DNA from: Thermoanaerobaculia bacterium
GTDB taxonomy: Bacteria; Acidobacteriota; Thermoanaerobaculia; Multivoradales; Multivoraceae
Length of the DNA stretch: 64,000 nucleotides
Direction of reading: 5' to 3'
Assembly (NCBI GenBank): GCA_965232105.1
Contig: OZ246956.1
Span: 1,666,499 to 1,730,498 of the forward strand
Shown: positions 1 to 9,327 of the stretch, piece by piece
How positions within the stretch are numbered: position 1 is the stretch's first letter
Layout: the number at the start of each line of letters is the position of its first letter
Program-made: the position numbers and the translations under genes
The notes under the pieces: generated by a model
The model's database searches: none
What the model was told of the DNA's origin: nothing
Seen by the model: only the letters and a program-made list of their open reading frames with translations

Positions 1-1
1 G

Positions 2-151
2 AACAAGCCTCAGCGGCTCATGATCCCGGTCCCCGAAGACGAGGAGTACACCTGGCTGGCCGACCTGAACCGGGACGGCAAGCAGGATGTACTGATGCAC
101 CACGCGTCGACGGCGGCGCCTCATCGGCTGACCGTCCTGATGTCGCGGTAA
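2..151 (+). CDS. 3' end (C-terminal fragment) of a gene that starts upstream of the window. The translated tail ...EDEEYTWLADLNRDGKQDVLMHH...LTVLMSR* resembles an FG-GAP/VCBS-type DxNxDGxxD calcium-binding repeat
   Basis: Frame-2 translation is open from base 2 to a TAA stop at 149-151. The DLNRDGKQDV motif is the only family-level clue. The upstream part lies outside the window. Confidence 0.3.
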   Translation, partial: NKPQRLMIPVPEDEEYTWLADLNRDGKQDVLMHHASTAAPHRLTVLMSR

Positions 152-255
152 GAGGACTGGGTGTGCCCGGAAAGACCGTGAGCGCCCGGAAGACTGGGTG
201 CGCCGGCCTTCTGGCCGGCATGCGGCGCGAAGCGCCGGCCTCGGGCGTTCTGTAG

Positions 256-2598
256 CTACCGCTGGAACAGCCGCGTGACCTTGACGATCAGGGCGCTGTT
301 GTTGAGCCCCGGGAAGCCCTGCGTCAGCGTGTCGCGCTGCTCGTTGTAGACGACGAACAGCTCGCTGCCGGGCCGGTACTCCCAGCGCAGCCGCACGTTC
401 GCCGCCAGTCCCCGGCTCTCGGACTCGTACTGGAACAGGGCGCTCACGAACATGCGCGGGGTTATCGTGTACACCGCGCGAAGGTCGACGAGTTCCACGT
501 CGAAGTCGCCCTCCGGTAGCTCCACGCGGTTGAACGAGATGGTGGGTTCGAGCAGGAACTGCGAGGTCAGATTCACGCGCCCCCAGCCCCAGCCGAAGGA
601 CGTCTTGCGGCCGCTGTAGAAGTTGCCGTACTCGAGGACGAACTGGCCCGAGAGCCGCCGCTGCGGGCCCAGTTGCAACTCGGCCTCCACGTAGTCGAAG
701 TCGTAGCCGCCGACGCCGAGGGTGATGTCCGAGGCGATGGGGAAAGGAAACGGGAGGAACTCGTAGGCTCGCACGACCTTCAGTTCGAGCTCGTCGCCGC
801 TGTGGAACTCGATGCCGAACTCGCCCTCGGCCTCCCGCGTCTCGACCATGCCGGCGCCGTTCTCGATGTAGGCCATCGAGCCGGTCCAGGAGTACTTGCG
901 CACCAGCTTGCTGTCGGCTGGTCGAGGGCTGAACCGGAAGTCGCCGTAGGAACGGCGCATGTCGTGGCGGCGCACGAATCCGATGCCGGGGTTGAAGTGG
1001 CTGCCAACCCGCAGGCGCTCGAGTCGGACGCCGTAGCGGTCGCCGTTGTAGTCCATCCGCAGGCGATAGCTGGCGTCGTCGTCCTCAAGTCCGGGTGTGC
1101 TCGTCTCCGCCCAGTAGGTGTTGAAGGTGAGGTCGTCGAAGAAGGCGAACGTCCCGTCGACGCCGTAGGCCTCGTTGCGTCCTGCGCCGCTTTGGTCGAT
1201 CGAGCGGCGCGTGTAGATGACGCCGACGCTGCTCCGGCGCAGGATGTCCCGCTTGAGTCGCATCACGCCGAAGTTCGTCGCGATTGCACCGGAAAGCGGT
1301 TCGTCGTCCGACTGGATGTTCAGCATCCCGAGCGTGTAGCGGCCCGCCCGTCCGGTCAGCCGGGCGCCGCCCTCGATGGGTACCACGCGTCCCTGGTGCA
1401 GGCCGATGCGCCGGCTGTAGAACAGGGACGGCGTGTCGAAGCCCCCGCCGAATCCGCCGCCACCGGCCCCTCCGAAGCCGAAGGTTCCCTGGTTCTCGAG
1501 GAAGAAGTCGCGCTTCTCGGGGAAGAAGAGGCTGAAGCGCGTCAGGTCGACCTGCTGCTGGTCGGCTTCGACCTGGGCGAAGTCCGTGTTGTAGGTGAAG
1601 TCGGCCGTGAGGTTCTGGCTGAGTCCGTACTTGATGTCGACGCCGAGATCGGCGCTCACCTCGTTCGAGATTTCCGGGTTGGCCAGGCGGTCGCTCTCCA
1701 TGTCGGCGACCAGGTAGGGCTTGATCTCGATGTTTCTCGAAGCCGGTGGGGCTTCCAGTCCAACCAGGGGTCCGGCCAGCGACATCTGCATGATGCCCAT
1801 CGTGCCCAGTGCCACCGGGATGCGGTTCAGGGTCGAACTCTCGTTCTTCCACTGCGTGTAGCGCTGGAAGTTCACGCCCCAGATCTGCGCTCGGCCGGGG
1901 CGATACCGGAGCGATCTGAACGGGATCGCGGCTTCAGCCGTCCAACCGCCCTCGAACCTGCCCGTTCGGAGATCCCAGACCGGGTTCCAGTCCATGTTCA
2001 TCTGGCTCTCGTCGGTGATCTGGGCGTCGAAGCGGCCGCCCGAGGCGTAGACGGTGAAGACGGCGGCGTTGCGACCGTCATGGAACGTGTCGAGGGCGAT
2101 ATCGAAGTAGTCGTCCTGGCTGTACGAGTCTCGCCGCATGTCGTTCGCCGCGATCCGGTCGGGGTCCTGCCAGCAGCGGATCGACACGAAGACAGTTGTT
2201 TCGTCGAAGGTGACCCAGACGTCGGTCCTGTCGGTGGCCGGTTCTCCCGGCCGGGGTTCGACCTGAAGGAAGTCCGAAATCGGGGGCACGGTGTCGTAGA
2301 GGACCTCGTCGAGCCGGCCGTCGATCTGGAGCGGCGTGGCGAGGCGCACGGCTCGGACCGTGGCCTTGCCTGAGTCGTCCCGGCTCACCACGGCCGGCGG
2401 CACGGGAGGCGGCGGACCGTCGAAGGTGGAGGGAACGTCCAGCGGCTCCTCCACGGGTGCAGGTGAGCCGGGGGGAGGCGAGTCGGTTGCCGGGCCTTGC
2501 GCCCAGGCTTGAACCGGCAGCAGGCAGGCGGCCAGCAGGCAGGCCGTCGCGCACCCGCGGCCGCTGGCGCGGAGTGTCTTGAGACAGATCAAGGACAT
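256..2598 (-). CDS. Secreted carbohydrate-binding family 9 (CBM9)-like / DUF5916-type protein, 780 aa
   Basis: N-terminal signal peptide (MSLICLKTLRASGRGCATACLLAACLLPVQAWAQ). Pro-rich linker. A ...LATPLQIDGRLDEVLYDTVPPISDF... segment resembles CBM9-like domains. Gly-rich loop GGAGGGGFGGGF. Length and overall architecture recalled as the CBM9-like+DUF5916 family. No db search was done. Confidence 0.5.
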   Translation of the reverse strand: MSLICLKTLRASGRGCATACLLAACLLPVQAWAQGPATDSPPPGSPAPVEEPLDVPSTFDGPPPPVPPAVVSRDDSGKATVRAVRLATPLQIDGRLDEVLYDTVPPISDFLQVEPRPGEPATDRTDVWVTFDETTVFVSIRCWQDPDRIAANDMRRDSYSQDDYFDIALDTFHDGRNAAVFTVYASGGRFDAQITDESQMNMDWNPVWDLRTGRFEGGWTAEAAIPFRSLRYRPGRAQIWGVNFQRYTQWKNESSTLNRIPVALGTMGIMQMSLAGPLVGLEAPPASRNIEIKPYLVADMESDRLANPEISNEVSADLGVDIKYGLSQNLTADFTYNTDFAQVEADQQQVDLTRFSLFFPEKRDFFLENQGTFGFGGAGGGGFGGGFDTPSLFYSRRIGLHQGRVVPIEGGARLTGRAGRYTLGMLNIQSDDEPLSGAIATNFGVMRLKRDILRRSSVGVIYTRRSIDQSGAGRNEAYGVDGTFAFFDDLTFNTYWAETSTPGLEDDDASYRLRMDYNGDRYGVRLERLRVGSHFNPGIGFVRRHDMRRSYGDFRFSPRPADSKLVRKYSWTGSMAYIENGAGMVETREAEGEFGIEFHSGDELELKVVRAYEFLPFPFPIASDITLGVGGYDFDYVEAELQLGPQRRLSGQFVLEYGNFYSGRKTSFGWGWGRVNLTSQFLLEPTISFNRVELPEGDFDVELVDLRAVYTITPRMFVSALFQYESESRGLAANVRLRWEYRPGSELFVVYNEQRDTLTQGFPGLNNSALIVKVTRLFQR

Positions 2599-2685
2599 GC
2601 TGTTCGTTGGCTACGAATCTGTTGGGCCGAAGTTCTCGGCGGAAATCTCGGCCTCCGGAACGCGGGGCAGCGTATCCGGCTCTAG

Positions 2686-5091
2686 CTAGCTGATCCGGTT
2701 CTCGCCCGCGTTCTCGTCCTGGTGCAGGGTCACCGGCCAGCCGGGGAACTGCTCGGTACCAGCACCGTCGGCCGTGCTCAGGAAGCGGAACGCCTCGATC
2801 CGGTAGGTCTTCGCCTCGGGGTCGATCGTCACGAGGCCGAAGCCACTGCTCTTCTGGTGTGCCCGCTCGTAGGGATCGCGCGCGGTGCCGACTTCGGGGT
2901 TGCCGATCGCGTAGACGTAGACCCGGTTCCCCAATGGATCGCGGAACTCCCCCGTGTGCGCGAGGCCATGGCGAGGCCGGTTCCGGTGAGGCGTTCCGAC
3001 CTCGTCCGGGCGCCACCAGCGCGGATAGCCGGCGCTGATCGCGGGCGTGCAGAAGGCCCAGCACCCGTCGCGCTGTGCATCGGCGCCGTACTGGACGAGG
3101 GACGGCAGGTGCTGGTCGCCGCAGACGTGCAGGCACTTCGCTCTTTTAAGAATGCGGAGGAGCCGGTTGCGCGGAGTCTGCGGCCAGCCGCCGCAGTCGA
3201 GGTCGGCAATCAGGTAGTCGTCGTAGCCGCCGTGGTGCGTGGCGACGCCCGCGAACACGGTCTGGCTGAGCAGCACCTTCATCGTGTGGCCGCGCCAGTC
3301 GCCGGCCCACTGCTCAAGGAACTCCTCCTGGCGCTCGCCGAGCAGGGCGAGGCCGGGCTGGTCAAGAGCCGACGTGTCGACATCCTCGTCCAGCACGTGG
3401 TCCGCCCTCCCCGCGCCCGTGTCCACATGTTCCGGGCCGCTCTTGAACTGCCGGTCGGCGAGGATCGCGAAGCCGACGCCGCCGTAGACCATGTCGCCGT
3501 AGTAGACGCTGATGTCCTGCTCGACCGGCGCCGCGTCGAACGGGTCGGGGTGGTGCGAGGCGTTCGTCCGGTGGACCGCGTTGACCATCCGCGCCGGCTC
3601 CCGGTAGCCGCCGAGTGACGAGGTGCCCTGGCCGGTGTTCATCGCCTTGCCGCTCTCGCCCCAGATGTTGCCCTGGAACACGTCGTGGTCGTCCGGAATG
3701 CAGAGCGTCGGCCGGTCGCGCATCGCCTCCCGGAACGCCCAGCCGAACTCGTAGTACTTGCGCAGGTAGTTGAGGATCGCCGGTCCGGCCGGCTCGCGGA
3801 TCAGGCCGTAGCCGCCGTGGTTCTCGTAGAGCTGGTCCCCGGAGAAGAAGAGCAGGTCGGGATCCCGCGCCAGGACGTGATCGGCGACCGGGGCGTAAGG
3901 AAACGAGTAGTCGTTCTGGCAGGTGAGCCCCGCCAGCCGCAGCGGCCGCCCGGTCGGGTTCGCGCGGATCGTGCCCCGCCATTCGAGCGCCGTCTCGCCG
4001 CCGTCCGTGTGCTGTTCCCGGTAGACGAGCCGGAACGGCGTGGTCTCTCGCTCGTTCCAGTTGGGGAGACGGAACGTCGCCGTCCAGGCGTCCGGGTCGA
4101 GTTCGGCGAAGCCGTGCGACCGCCACTCCCGGTCCTGCTGCGTCAACAACTCGACCCGTCTGTCGTCGGCCTCGCCGAGCGGGGGCAGCAGCGCCGTCAT
4201 CTTGACGACGAACCCCTCGTCGGAGCGGGTGTCGCTCATCGAGTACATCGACCACAGGATCGGTCCGAACCGCCGATCCTGGTCCACCTCGAAGGCGTCT
4301 CCGTCTGCCGTCCACTCGCTGAACCGGTAGCGGGCGCCCTCGCCCTTCGGGATCTCCCGGTCGAAGTTGGAGACGATGGCGACGTTGCCGGCGATGTCGG
4401 CGGCGGGCAGGCGGTGTTCGATGCGTCCAAGTTCGTCGCCATCGGCGTTTCGCGCCGTCAGCGTGAGTTCGCAATCCTCGCCTTCCGTCCGTCCTTCGAG
4501 TGCCAGCCCGACGCCATCCGAAGCGACCGACGTCCCGCCTCGGACTCCCGCATTCTCTTCGCCCAGCACCAGCCGGCCGTCAACCAGCCCGGCATCGACC
4601 CCCACGCCGCGCGCAAAGCAGTTGCTTCGATGGTCATCGATCAGGTTCCGGACACCGATCCGAAACCCTGCGCCCCCGTCGCGCTCCCCGGCCTCCACCC
4701 GCCCGCAGCGCACCGACATCCGAAACCGCCCCTGCTCGCCCGTCAACCGATGCGTGATCAGGTGCACGTTCCGGTCGCCACCCGAGGTCTGCACCTCGGC
4801 CGCCCCATCTACGATCCGCCAGTCCTCCATCGGATTGGCCCAGAACGACTCCCCGAGCCACGCCCGGTCATGGGTCCTGTGCCACCGATCGACGCGGGTG
4901 CCGGGGACCACACTTGGCTCCTGTTGCGCTGCCCCAGCCCGCCCGATCCGCTTGGGCAGGGATACGACCGCTGCCAGTAGTCCAAGGAGACCTCGCCGGC
5001 TCAACCCCGTCTTCGTTGAAGACTCTGTTTCGCTCTGGCCCTGCGGGACGCCCATCGCCTCAGTATCCCACTTGTCCACCGAGGGCGGCAC
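2686..5091 (-). CDS. phoD: PhoD-like alkaline phosphatase/phosphodiesterase (calcineurin-like metallophosphatase) with a Tat signal
   Basis: Twin-arginine motif [12 protein letters not shown] near the N-terminus. Metallophosphatase motifs FFSGDQLYE and [11 protein letters not shown], plus VCGDQHLP, are typical of the PhoD family. Confidence 0.7.
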   Translation of the reverse strand: MPPSVDKWDTEAMGVPQGQSETESSTKTGLSRRGLLGLLAAVVSLPKRIGRAGAAQQEPSVVPGTRVDRWHRTHDRAWLGESFWANPMEDWRIVDGAAEVQTSGGDRNVHLITHRLTGEQGRFRMSVRCGRVEAGERDGGAGFRIGVRNLIDDHRSNCFARGVGVDAGLVDGRLVLGEENAGVRGGTSVASDGVGLALEGRTEGEDCELTLTARNADGDELGRIEHRLPAADIAGNVAIVSNFDREIPKGEGARYRFSEWTADGDAFEVDQDRRFGPILWSMYSMSDTRSDEGFVVKMTALLPPLGEADDRRVELLTQQDREWRSHGFAELDPDAWTATFRLPNWNERETTPFRLVYREQHTDGGETALEWRGTIRANPTGRPLRLAGLTCQNDYSFPYAPVADHVLARDPDLLFFSGDQLYENHGGYGLIREPAGPAILNYLRKYYEFGWAFREAMRDRPTLCIPDDHDVFQGNIWGESGKAMNTGQGTSSLGGYREPARMVNAVHRTNASHHPDPFDAAPVEQDISVYYGDMVYGGVGFAILADRQFKSGPEHVDTGAGRADHVLDEDVDTSALDQPGLALLGERQEEFLEQWAGDWRGHTMKVLLSQTVFAGVATHHGGYDDYLIADLDCGGWPQTPRNRLLRILKRAKCLHVCGDQHLPSLVQYGADAQRDGCWAFCTPAISAGYPRWWRPDEVGTPHRNRPRHGLAHTGEFRDPLGNRVYVYAIGNPEVGTARDPYERAHQKSSGFGLVTIDPEAKTYRIEAFRFLSTADGAGTEQFPGWPVTLHQDENAGENRIS

Positions 5092-5129
5092 GCGCAGCGC
5101 TTCTCATGTTTTCCGTAGTAACATAAATT

Positions 5130-5399
5130 GTGCGAGTCGAGTTCGACGAAGCGAAGCGTGCCGCCACCTTGAAGGCCCGGGGACTGGACTTGGCCCGCGC
5201 CGGCGAGGTGTTCGATGGGGCGACACTGACCACACAGGATGACCGCAGGGACTACGGAGAGGACCGGTACATCACCGTCGGCTTTCTCGACGGAGCGATG
5301 GTTGTTCTTGTCTGGACTCCCCGTGGCGGCGGGTACCGGATCATCAGCATGAGGAAGGCCAATGAACGAGAACGACGACTCTACGGCTCGAGACTTTGA
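5130..5399 (+). CDS. brnT: BrnT toxin (type II toxin-antitoxin ribonuclease)
   Basis: 89 aa. The N-terminus EFDEAKRAATLKARGLDLARAGEVFDG and the ITVGF...RIISMRKANERE region match the BrnT family. It overlaps the downstream CopG-like gene as is typical for brnTA. Confidence 0.8.
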   Translation: MRVEFDEAKRAATLKARGLDLARAGEVFDGATLTTQDDRRDYGEDRYITVGFLDGAMVVLVWTPRGGGYRIISMRKANERERRLYGSRL

Positions 5400-5619
5400 C
5401 CCCGACACCGCGCCGGACCTCTCTCGGGACGGTTGGCCGGAGAAGTTCGCCAGGGCGCCCGTGCGGCGCGGCCGGCCGCCGCTCGCGAAGCCGAAGGTGT
5501 CGACCACGATTCGGCTGTCTCAGGACGTAATCGACCACTTTCGTGCCGGCGGCCGCGGCTGGCAGACGCGGATCAACGAGGCGCTGCGCGACTGGATCAG
5601 GCGGCACGACGCCGCCTGA
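5362..5619 (+). CDS. brnA: BrnA antitoxin (CopG/RHH-like)
   Basis: 85 aa. The C-terminal GRPPLAKPKVSTTIRLSQDVIDHFRAGGRGWQTRINEALRDWI matches the BrnA family. It overlaps the 3' end of brnT by 38 nt. Confidence 0.75.
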   Translation: MNENDDSTARDFDPDTAPDLSRDGWPEKFARAPVRRGRPPLAKPKVSTTIRLSQDVIDHFRAGGRGWQTRINEALRDWIRRHDAA

Positions 5620-5773
5620 TCCGAGCCTCGTAGAAATCGCGCCTGCCGAGGATGTTCCTCGGGTTGGTCGGTCCCGGAGTCCGGCCGTTCCTCGAGAACA
5701 CTACGCGACCCTTTTCGTCCCCCCAGTTCGCCATGTACCACCGAGGGACATAGTGCTGATGCCTTGCCGCCAT
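5597..5773 (-). pseudogene. 58-codon remnant of a DUF4238-family gene (N-terminal fragment only), convergent with brnA
   Basis: The minus-strand translation from the ATG at 5773 (rc) reads MAARHQHYVPRWYMANWGDEKGRVVFSRNGRTPGPTNPRNILGRRDFYEARI. This carries the HYVP(Q/R)(F/W)Y...NFY signature of DUF4238 N-termini. Full-length DUF4238 proteins are about 300 aa. The fragment stops inside the brnA 3' end. Confidence 0.4.
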
Positions 5774-5989
5774 CACAGTTCCCTCCTGACGCGAGCCTTC
5801 GGACGGCCCTGCCTGAACCTCGGTAGACGCCCAGGCGGCCGGCGCTCTTGGTTGCCCTCACCGCCACCGAGCCGGAACAGAGCGGCGGAGCAGCTTTGTC
5901 GATACTAGCGGACGCTTGCGTGGTGGGGCTACGATGGCAACTCCGACGGACCAGCGGGACTGACGGGCCTGACAAACCGAGCGGCGAAG

Positions 5990-7591
5990 ATGGCGAGCAA
6001 GCAATCGGACAGTGGCGCAACGACCGGCTACGAGGCCGAACTGTGGGCGATGGCCGACGCGCTTCGCGGCTCGATGGATGCGGCCGAGTACAAGCACGTC
6101 GTGCTCGGCCTCATCTTCCTGAAGTACATCTCGGACGCCTTCGAGGAGCGCCACGCGACGGTGCTGGCCGAGTGGGGGGAGGACGCCGCGGAGGACCGCG
6201 ATGAGTACATCGCGGAGAACATCTTCTGGGTGCCGCCGGAGGCCCGCTGGGCGCATCTGAAGGCTCGGGCGCGGCAGCCGACAATCGGCCAGACGGTTGA
6301 CGAGGCCATGACCGCGATCGAGCGTGACAACCCGGCACTGAAGGACGTGCTGCCAAAGGACTACGCGCGTCCAGGCCTGGACAAGCAGCGCCTCGGCCAG
6401 CTCATCGACATGGTCGGCAACATCCGCGTCGGTGACGCTGAAGCCCGGTCCCGCGACGTGCTGGGGCGCGTCTACGAGTACTTCCTCTCCGAGTTCGCGA
6501 GCGCCGAGGGCAAGAAGGGAGGCGAGTTCTACACGCCCCGCTGCGTCGTCGAGTTGCTCGTGGAGATGCTGGAGCCGTACCGGGGCCGAGTGTACGACCC
6601 GTGCTGCGGCTCGTCCGGCATGTTCGTGCAGTCCATAGAGTTCATCGGTGCCCATGCGACGGGCAACGGCAACGGCGGAGCGACGCCCGCCGGCGCCGCG
6701 GCCGACCTCTCGATCTACGGTCAGGAATCGAACTACACGACCTGGCGGCTGGCCCGGATGAACCTTGCGATCCGCGGCATCAGCGGCCGGATCGAACAGG
6801 GCGACACGTTCCACAATGACCGCCATGCGGATCTGAGGGCCGACTACATCCTGGCCAACCCGCCCTTCAACGTCTCGGACTGGGGCGGCGAGCGGCTGGC
6901 GGAGGACAAGCGCTGGGAGTACGGCGGGCCGCCGAAACGCAACGCGAATTTCGCCTGGGTGCAGCACATGGTGCATCATCTGGCCCCGGGCGGCAGGGCA
7001 GGCTTCGTGCTCGCGAACGGTTCGATGTCGTCGGCGCAATCGGGCGAGGGGAAGATCCGCGCGAACCTGGTGGAGGCGAATCTCGTCGACTGCATGGTGG
7101 CTCTTCCCGGCCAGCTCTTCTACTCGACCCAGATACCGGCCTGTCTCTGGTTCCTGGCCCGCGACCGGGAGGACGGTGGCGGTCACGATCGCACGCATGA
7201 GATTCTGTTCATGGACGCCCGCGAACTCGGCCGCATGGTCGACCGCACTCACCGCGAACTGACGGCCGAGGACATCGGCCGGATCGCCGCCACCTACCAT
7301 GCCTGGCGCGGCGGCGACGGCGTGGCGCCCTACGAAGACGAGCCTGGCTTTTGCAAGAGCGCGACCCTGGAGGAGGTCCGCCGGCACGACCATGTGCTCA
7401 CGCCGGGTCGCTACGTCGGCTTCAAACCGCCCGAGGAGGATACTGAACCCTTTGAGGACAAGATGAAGCGACTCGCCGCCGAATGGCGAGATCAGCAGGT
7501 CGAAGCGAGCAGGCTGGACGCGGCGATCAAGGAGAATCTGCGGACGCTGGGATTCGGAAGGCCGCGGGACCAGAGGAGCGGCTTGCCGTGA
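5990..7591 (+). CDS. hsdM: Type I restriction-modification system N6-adenine DNA methyltransferase subunit HsdM
   Basis: The N-terminal HsdM_N region ([33 protein letters not shown]). AdoMet-binding motifs ([12 protein letters not shown]). Catalytic NPPFN. Confidence 0.9.
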   Translation: MASKQSDSGATTGYEAELWAMADALRGSMDAAEYKHVVLGLIFLKYISDAFEERHATVLAEWGEDAAEDRDEYIAENIFWVPPEARWAHLKARARQPTIGQTVDEAMTAIERDNPALKDVLPKDYARPGLDKQRLGQLIDMVGNIRVGDAEARSRDVLGRVYEYFLSEFASAEGKKGGEFYTPRCVVELLVEMLEPYRGRVYDPCCGSSGMFVQSIEFIGAHATGNGNGGATPAGAAADLSIYGQESNYTTWRLARMNLAIRGISGRIEQGDTFHNDRHADLRADYILANPPFNVSDWGGERLAEDKRWEYGGPPKRNANFAWVQHMVHHLAPGGRAGFVLANGSMSSAQSGEGKIRANLVEANLVDCMVALPGQLFYSTQIPACLWFLARDREDGGGHDRTHEILFMDARELGRMVDRTHRELTAEDIGRIAATYHAWRGGDGVAPYEDEPGFCKSATLEEVRRHDHVLTPGRYVGFKPPEEDTEPFEDKMKRLAAEWRDQQVEASRLDAAIKENLRTLGFGRPRDQRSGLP

Positions 7592-8043
7592 CGCTGAGCC
7601 AGCAGGAGTTCGACTCGATTCTGGCCGACGACACGAAGCGAATCGTCGGCGACGTAGCGTGGCAGGACGATGAGGACCATTCTCCGGCACGGGAATTCAG
7701 GGCCGAGGTGTCGTCCGAAGCCGGTTACCCGCTGTTCGTCAATGGTCGCTGCAACCCCAAGGCTGGCACTCTGTCGTACACGCTGGTTCATCGACGTGTC
7801 GGTCGCATCTACGGACTGGATCTCGGCGCCGAGCACCACAATCCGGATTGCAACCTCGTTGGGGAGAAGCACAAGCACCGGTGGACGGAGGCCTGTCGCG
7901 ACAAGCAGGCGTACGTTCCTGGGGACATCACTGCTCCGTGGACTGAACCGAGAGACGTCTGGAGCCAGTTCTGCGCCGAGTCGAAGATCGTCCATGATGG
8001 AAGCATGGGTGCGTTGAACGCCCAGAAGGAACTGGCGCTATGA
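7588..8043 (+). CDS. Hypothetical protein (151 aa) translationally coupled to hsdM. It contains a possible compressed HNH-like segment, [16 protein letters not shown]
   Basis: The GTG start at 7588 overlaps the hsdM TGA stop (GTGA). Protein-like composition. No recognised family. G+C is visibly lower than the neighbouring core genes. Confidence 0.5.
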   Translation: MTLSQQEFDSILADDTKRIVGDVAWQDDEDHSPAREFRAEVSSEAGYPLFVNGRCNPKAGTLSYTLVHRRVGRIYGLDLGAEHHNPDCNLVGEKHKHRWTEACRDKQAYVPGDITAPWTEPRDVWSQFCAESKIVHDGSMGALNAQKELAL

Positions 8044-8819
8044 ACTCCGAGATGCTGTGTTCGTCGATTGCAAGGTCACTGCCGCCCCTCTTTAGCTGTT
8101 CGCCCGCTCCAGAGGAGGGAGTAAGGGTGCGGACGCCTCTCATGTATCCCGACGGCGGCGTGGTGGATGTGTTCGTGCTCCAGCGCAACGGAGGCTTGAC
8201 GATCACCGACTTCGGCGAGAGCCTCGGTTGGTTGCGGATGCAGTCGGTGAGCAGGCGCAGATCGCCTAAGCAGAACAGGATGATCGGGGACGTGTGCCAG
8301 ACGCTGGGGCTCAAGCTGGAGCGAGGTCAACTCGTCCTCCGGGTCGCAGCGGACGCTGCGGTCGGGGACTCTGTTCTGCGAATCGCCCAGGGTGCGGTGC
8401 GAGTCTCGGACCTGTGGTTCACTCTGAGAACCAGGGCCGTCCAGAGTGCATCTGACGAAGTTCATGAGTGGCTGACGGAGCGACGCATTGCCCATGAGCG
8501 CGGTGTGAACCGAACCGGCAGATCGGGGCGGCAATGGACGATCGACTTCGAGACCCGCACAGACGATCGAACAGCGCTCGTCTTCCTGCTCAGTACAGGT
8601 TCCCGCGGCGCCGCTCGACGGATCACCGAGCATGTTGTCGCCGGATGCGTCGATCTCAGCCACCTGCAGGAGCCTCGCCAGCGGGTGAGATTGGTTTCCT
8701 TGTTCGACGACACACAGGATCTATGGCGCAAGGAGGACTTCCAACTTGTGGAGCAACAGTCCGAAGTCGCTCTTTGGTCGGCCCCTGAACGATTCGAGCA
8801 GCTTCTTCTGGCCGCGTGA
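8040..8819 (+). CDS. Hypothetical protein (259 aa) coupled to the upstream unknown gene (ATGA overlap)
   Basis: The ATG at 8040 overlaps the upstream TGA stop. No recognised motif. A DUF1828-like family is a faint recollection only. Lower G+C than the core. Confidence 0.5.
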   Translation: MNSEMLCSSIARSLPPLFSCSPAPEEGVRVRTPLMYPDGGVVDVFVLQRNGGLTITDFGESLGWLRMQSVSRRRSPKQNRMIGDVCQTLGLKLERGQLVLRVAADAAVGDSVLRIAQGAVRVSDLWFTLRTRAVQSASDEVHEWLTERRIAHERGVNRTGRSGRQWTIDFETRTDDRTALVFLLSTGSRGAARRITEHVVAGCVDLSHLQEPRQRVRLVSLFDDTQDLWRKEDFQLVEQQSEVALWSAPERFEQLLLAA

Positions 8820-8904
8820 AGTCGGCGCATCGGCGAAGCACGTAGGGGCAAGTACGGTTGGGGTCACCCAGAGCGCGGAGATCGTGGCCGCACATGCGTT
8901 GACG

Positions 8905-9327
8905 ATGGGCATCGACACGACGTTTCTCAGGAGCCGTCTTGACCGGCTGGCAGCCTGCCTCCATGCTCTCGGTGATGCCGAAGACGCGACTGCCCACCGC
9001 CTCACCGGCGAAGTGTGCGCCGATTACTTCGAAGTGGCGCTCGAGCAAAGCGGGAAGCTGCTCAGGAAGTGCCTGCGCCCATGGTTCCCGAGCAATCGAC
9101 GGGCGGACAGCCTGACCTTCAGGGACATCTTCCGGCACGCGGCGAAGCACGGTCTGATCGATATCGAGGTCGGAGAGCGCTGGCTCGGCTACAGGGACGC
9201 TGTGGACGGGTTCGTTGAGCGGGAGAAGGGCGGCCGGTTCGACATGGCGGCGATGGAGCGGTTGCAGGCCTTTCTCGCCGACGCCAGGGCGCTGATCGCG
9301 GTCATCGAGCAGGCGGCCGATGACTGA
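8905..9327 (+). CDS. HEPN-domain protein of the HI0074 'nucleotidyltransferase substrate-binding' family (toxin-like partner of a minimal nucleotidyltransferase)
   Basis: An Rx4H HEPN motif (FRHAAKHG) near the C-terminus. About 140 aa measured from the ATG at 8905 (the ORF track extends to 8746). Its stop overlaps the start of the downstream nucleotidyltransferase gene (ATGA). Confidence 0.65.
   Translation: MGIDTTFLRSRLDRLAACLHALGDAEDATAHRLTGEVCADYFEVALEQSGKLLRKCLRPWFPSNRRADSLTFRDIFRHAAKHGLIDIEVGERWLGYRDAVDGFVEREKGGRFDMAAMERLQAFLADARALIAVIEQAADD

Noticed and set aside
1430-1480. Gly-rich stretch GGAGGGGFGGGFD in the 780-aa protein
   Set aside because: Simple low-complexity linker/loop within a coding region. 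Not a DNA-level repeat or a mobile element.
673-2373. 566-aa + strand ORF overlapping the 256-2598 gene
   Set aside because: It lies antisense to a gene with a signal peptide and recognisable domains. Its translation is Ala/Val/Gly/Arg-rich low-complexity, typical of spurious antisense ORFs in high-GC DNA.
3362-4474. 370-aa alternative-frame ORF inside the PhoD-like gene
   Set aside because: Same strand, different frame from an ORF with clear metallophosphatase motifs. Arg-rich junk translation.
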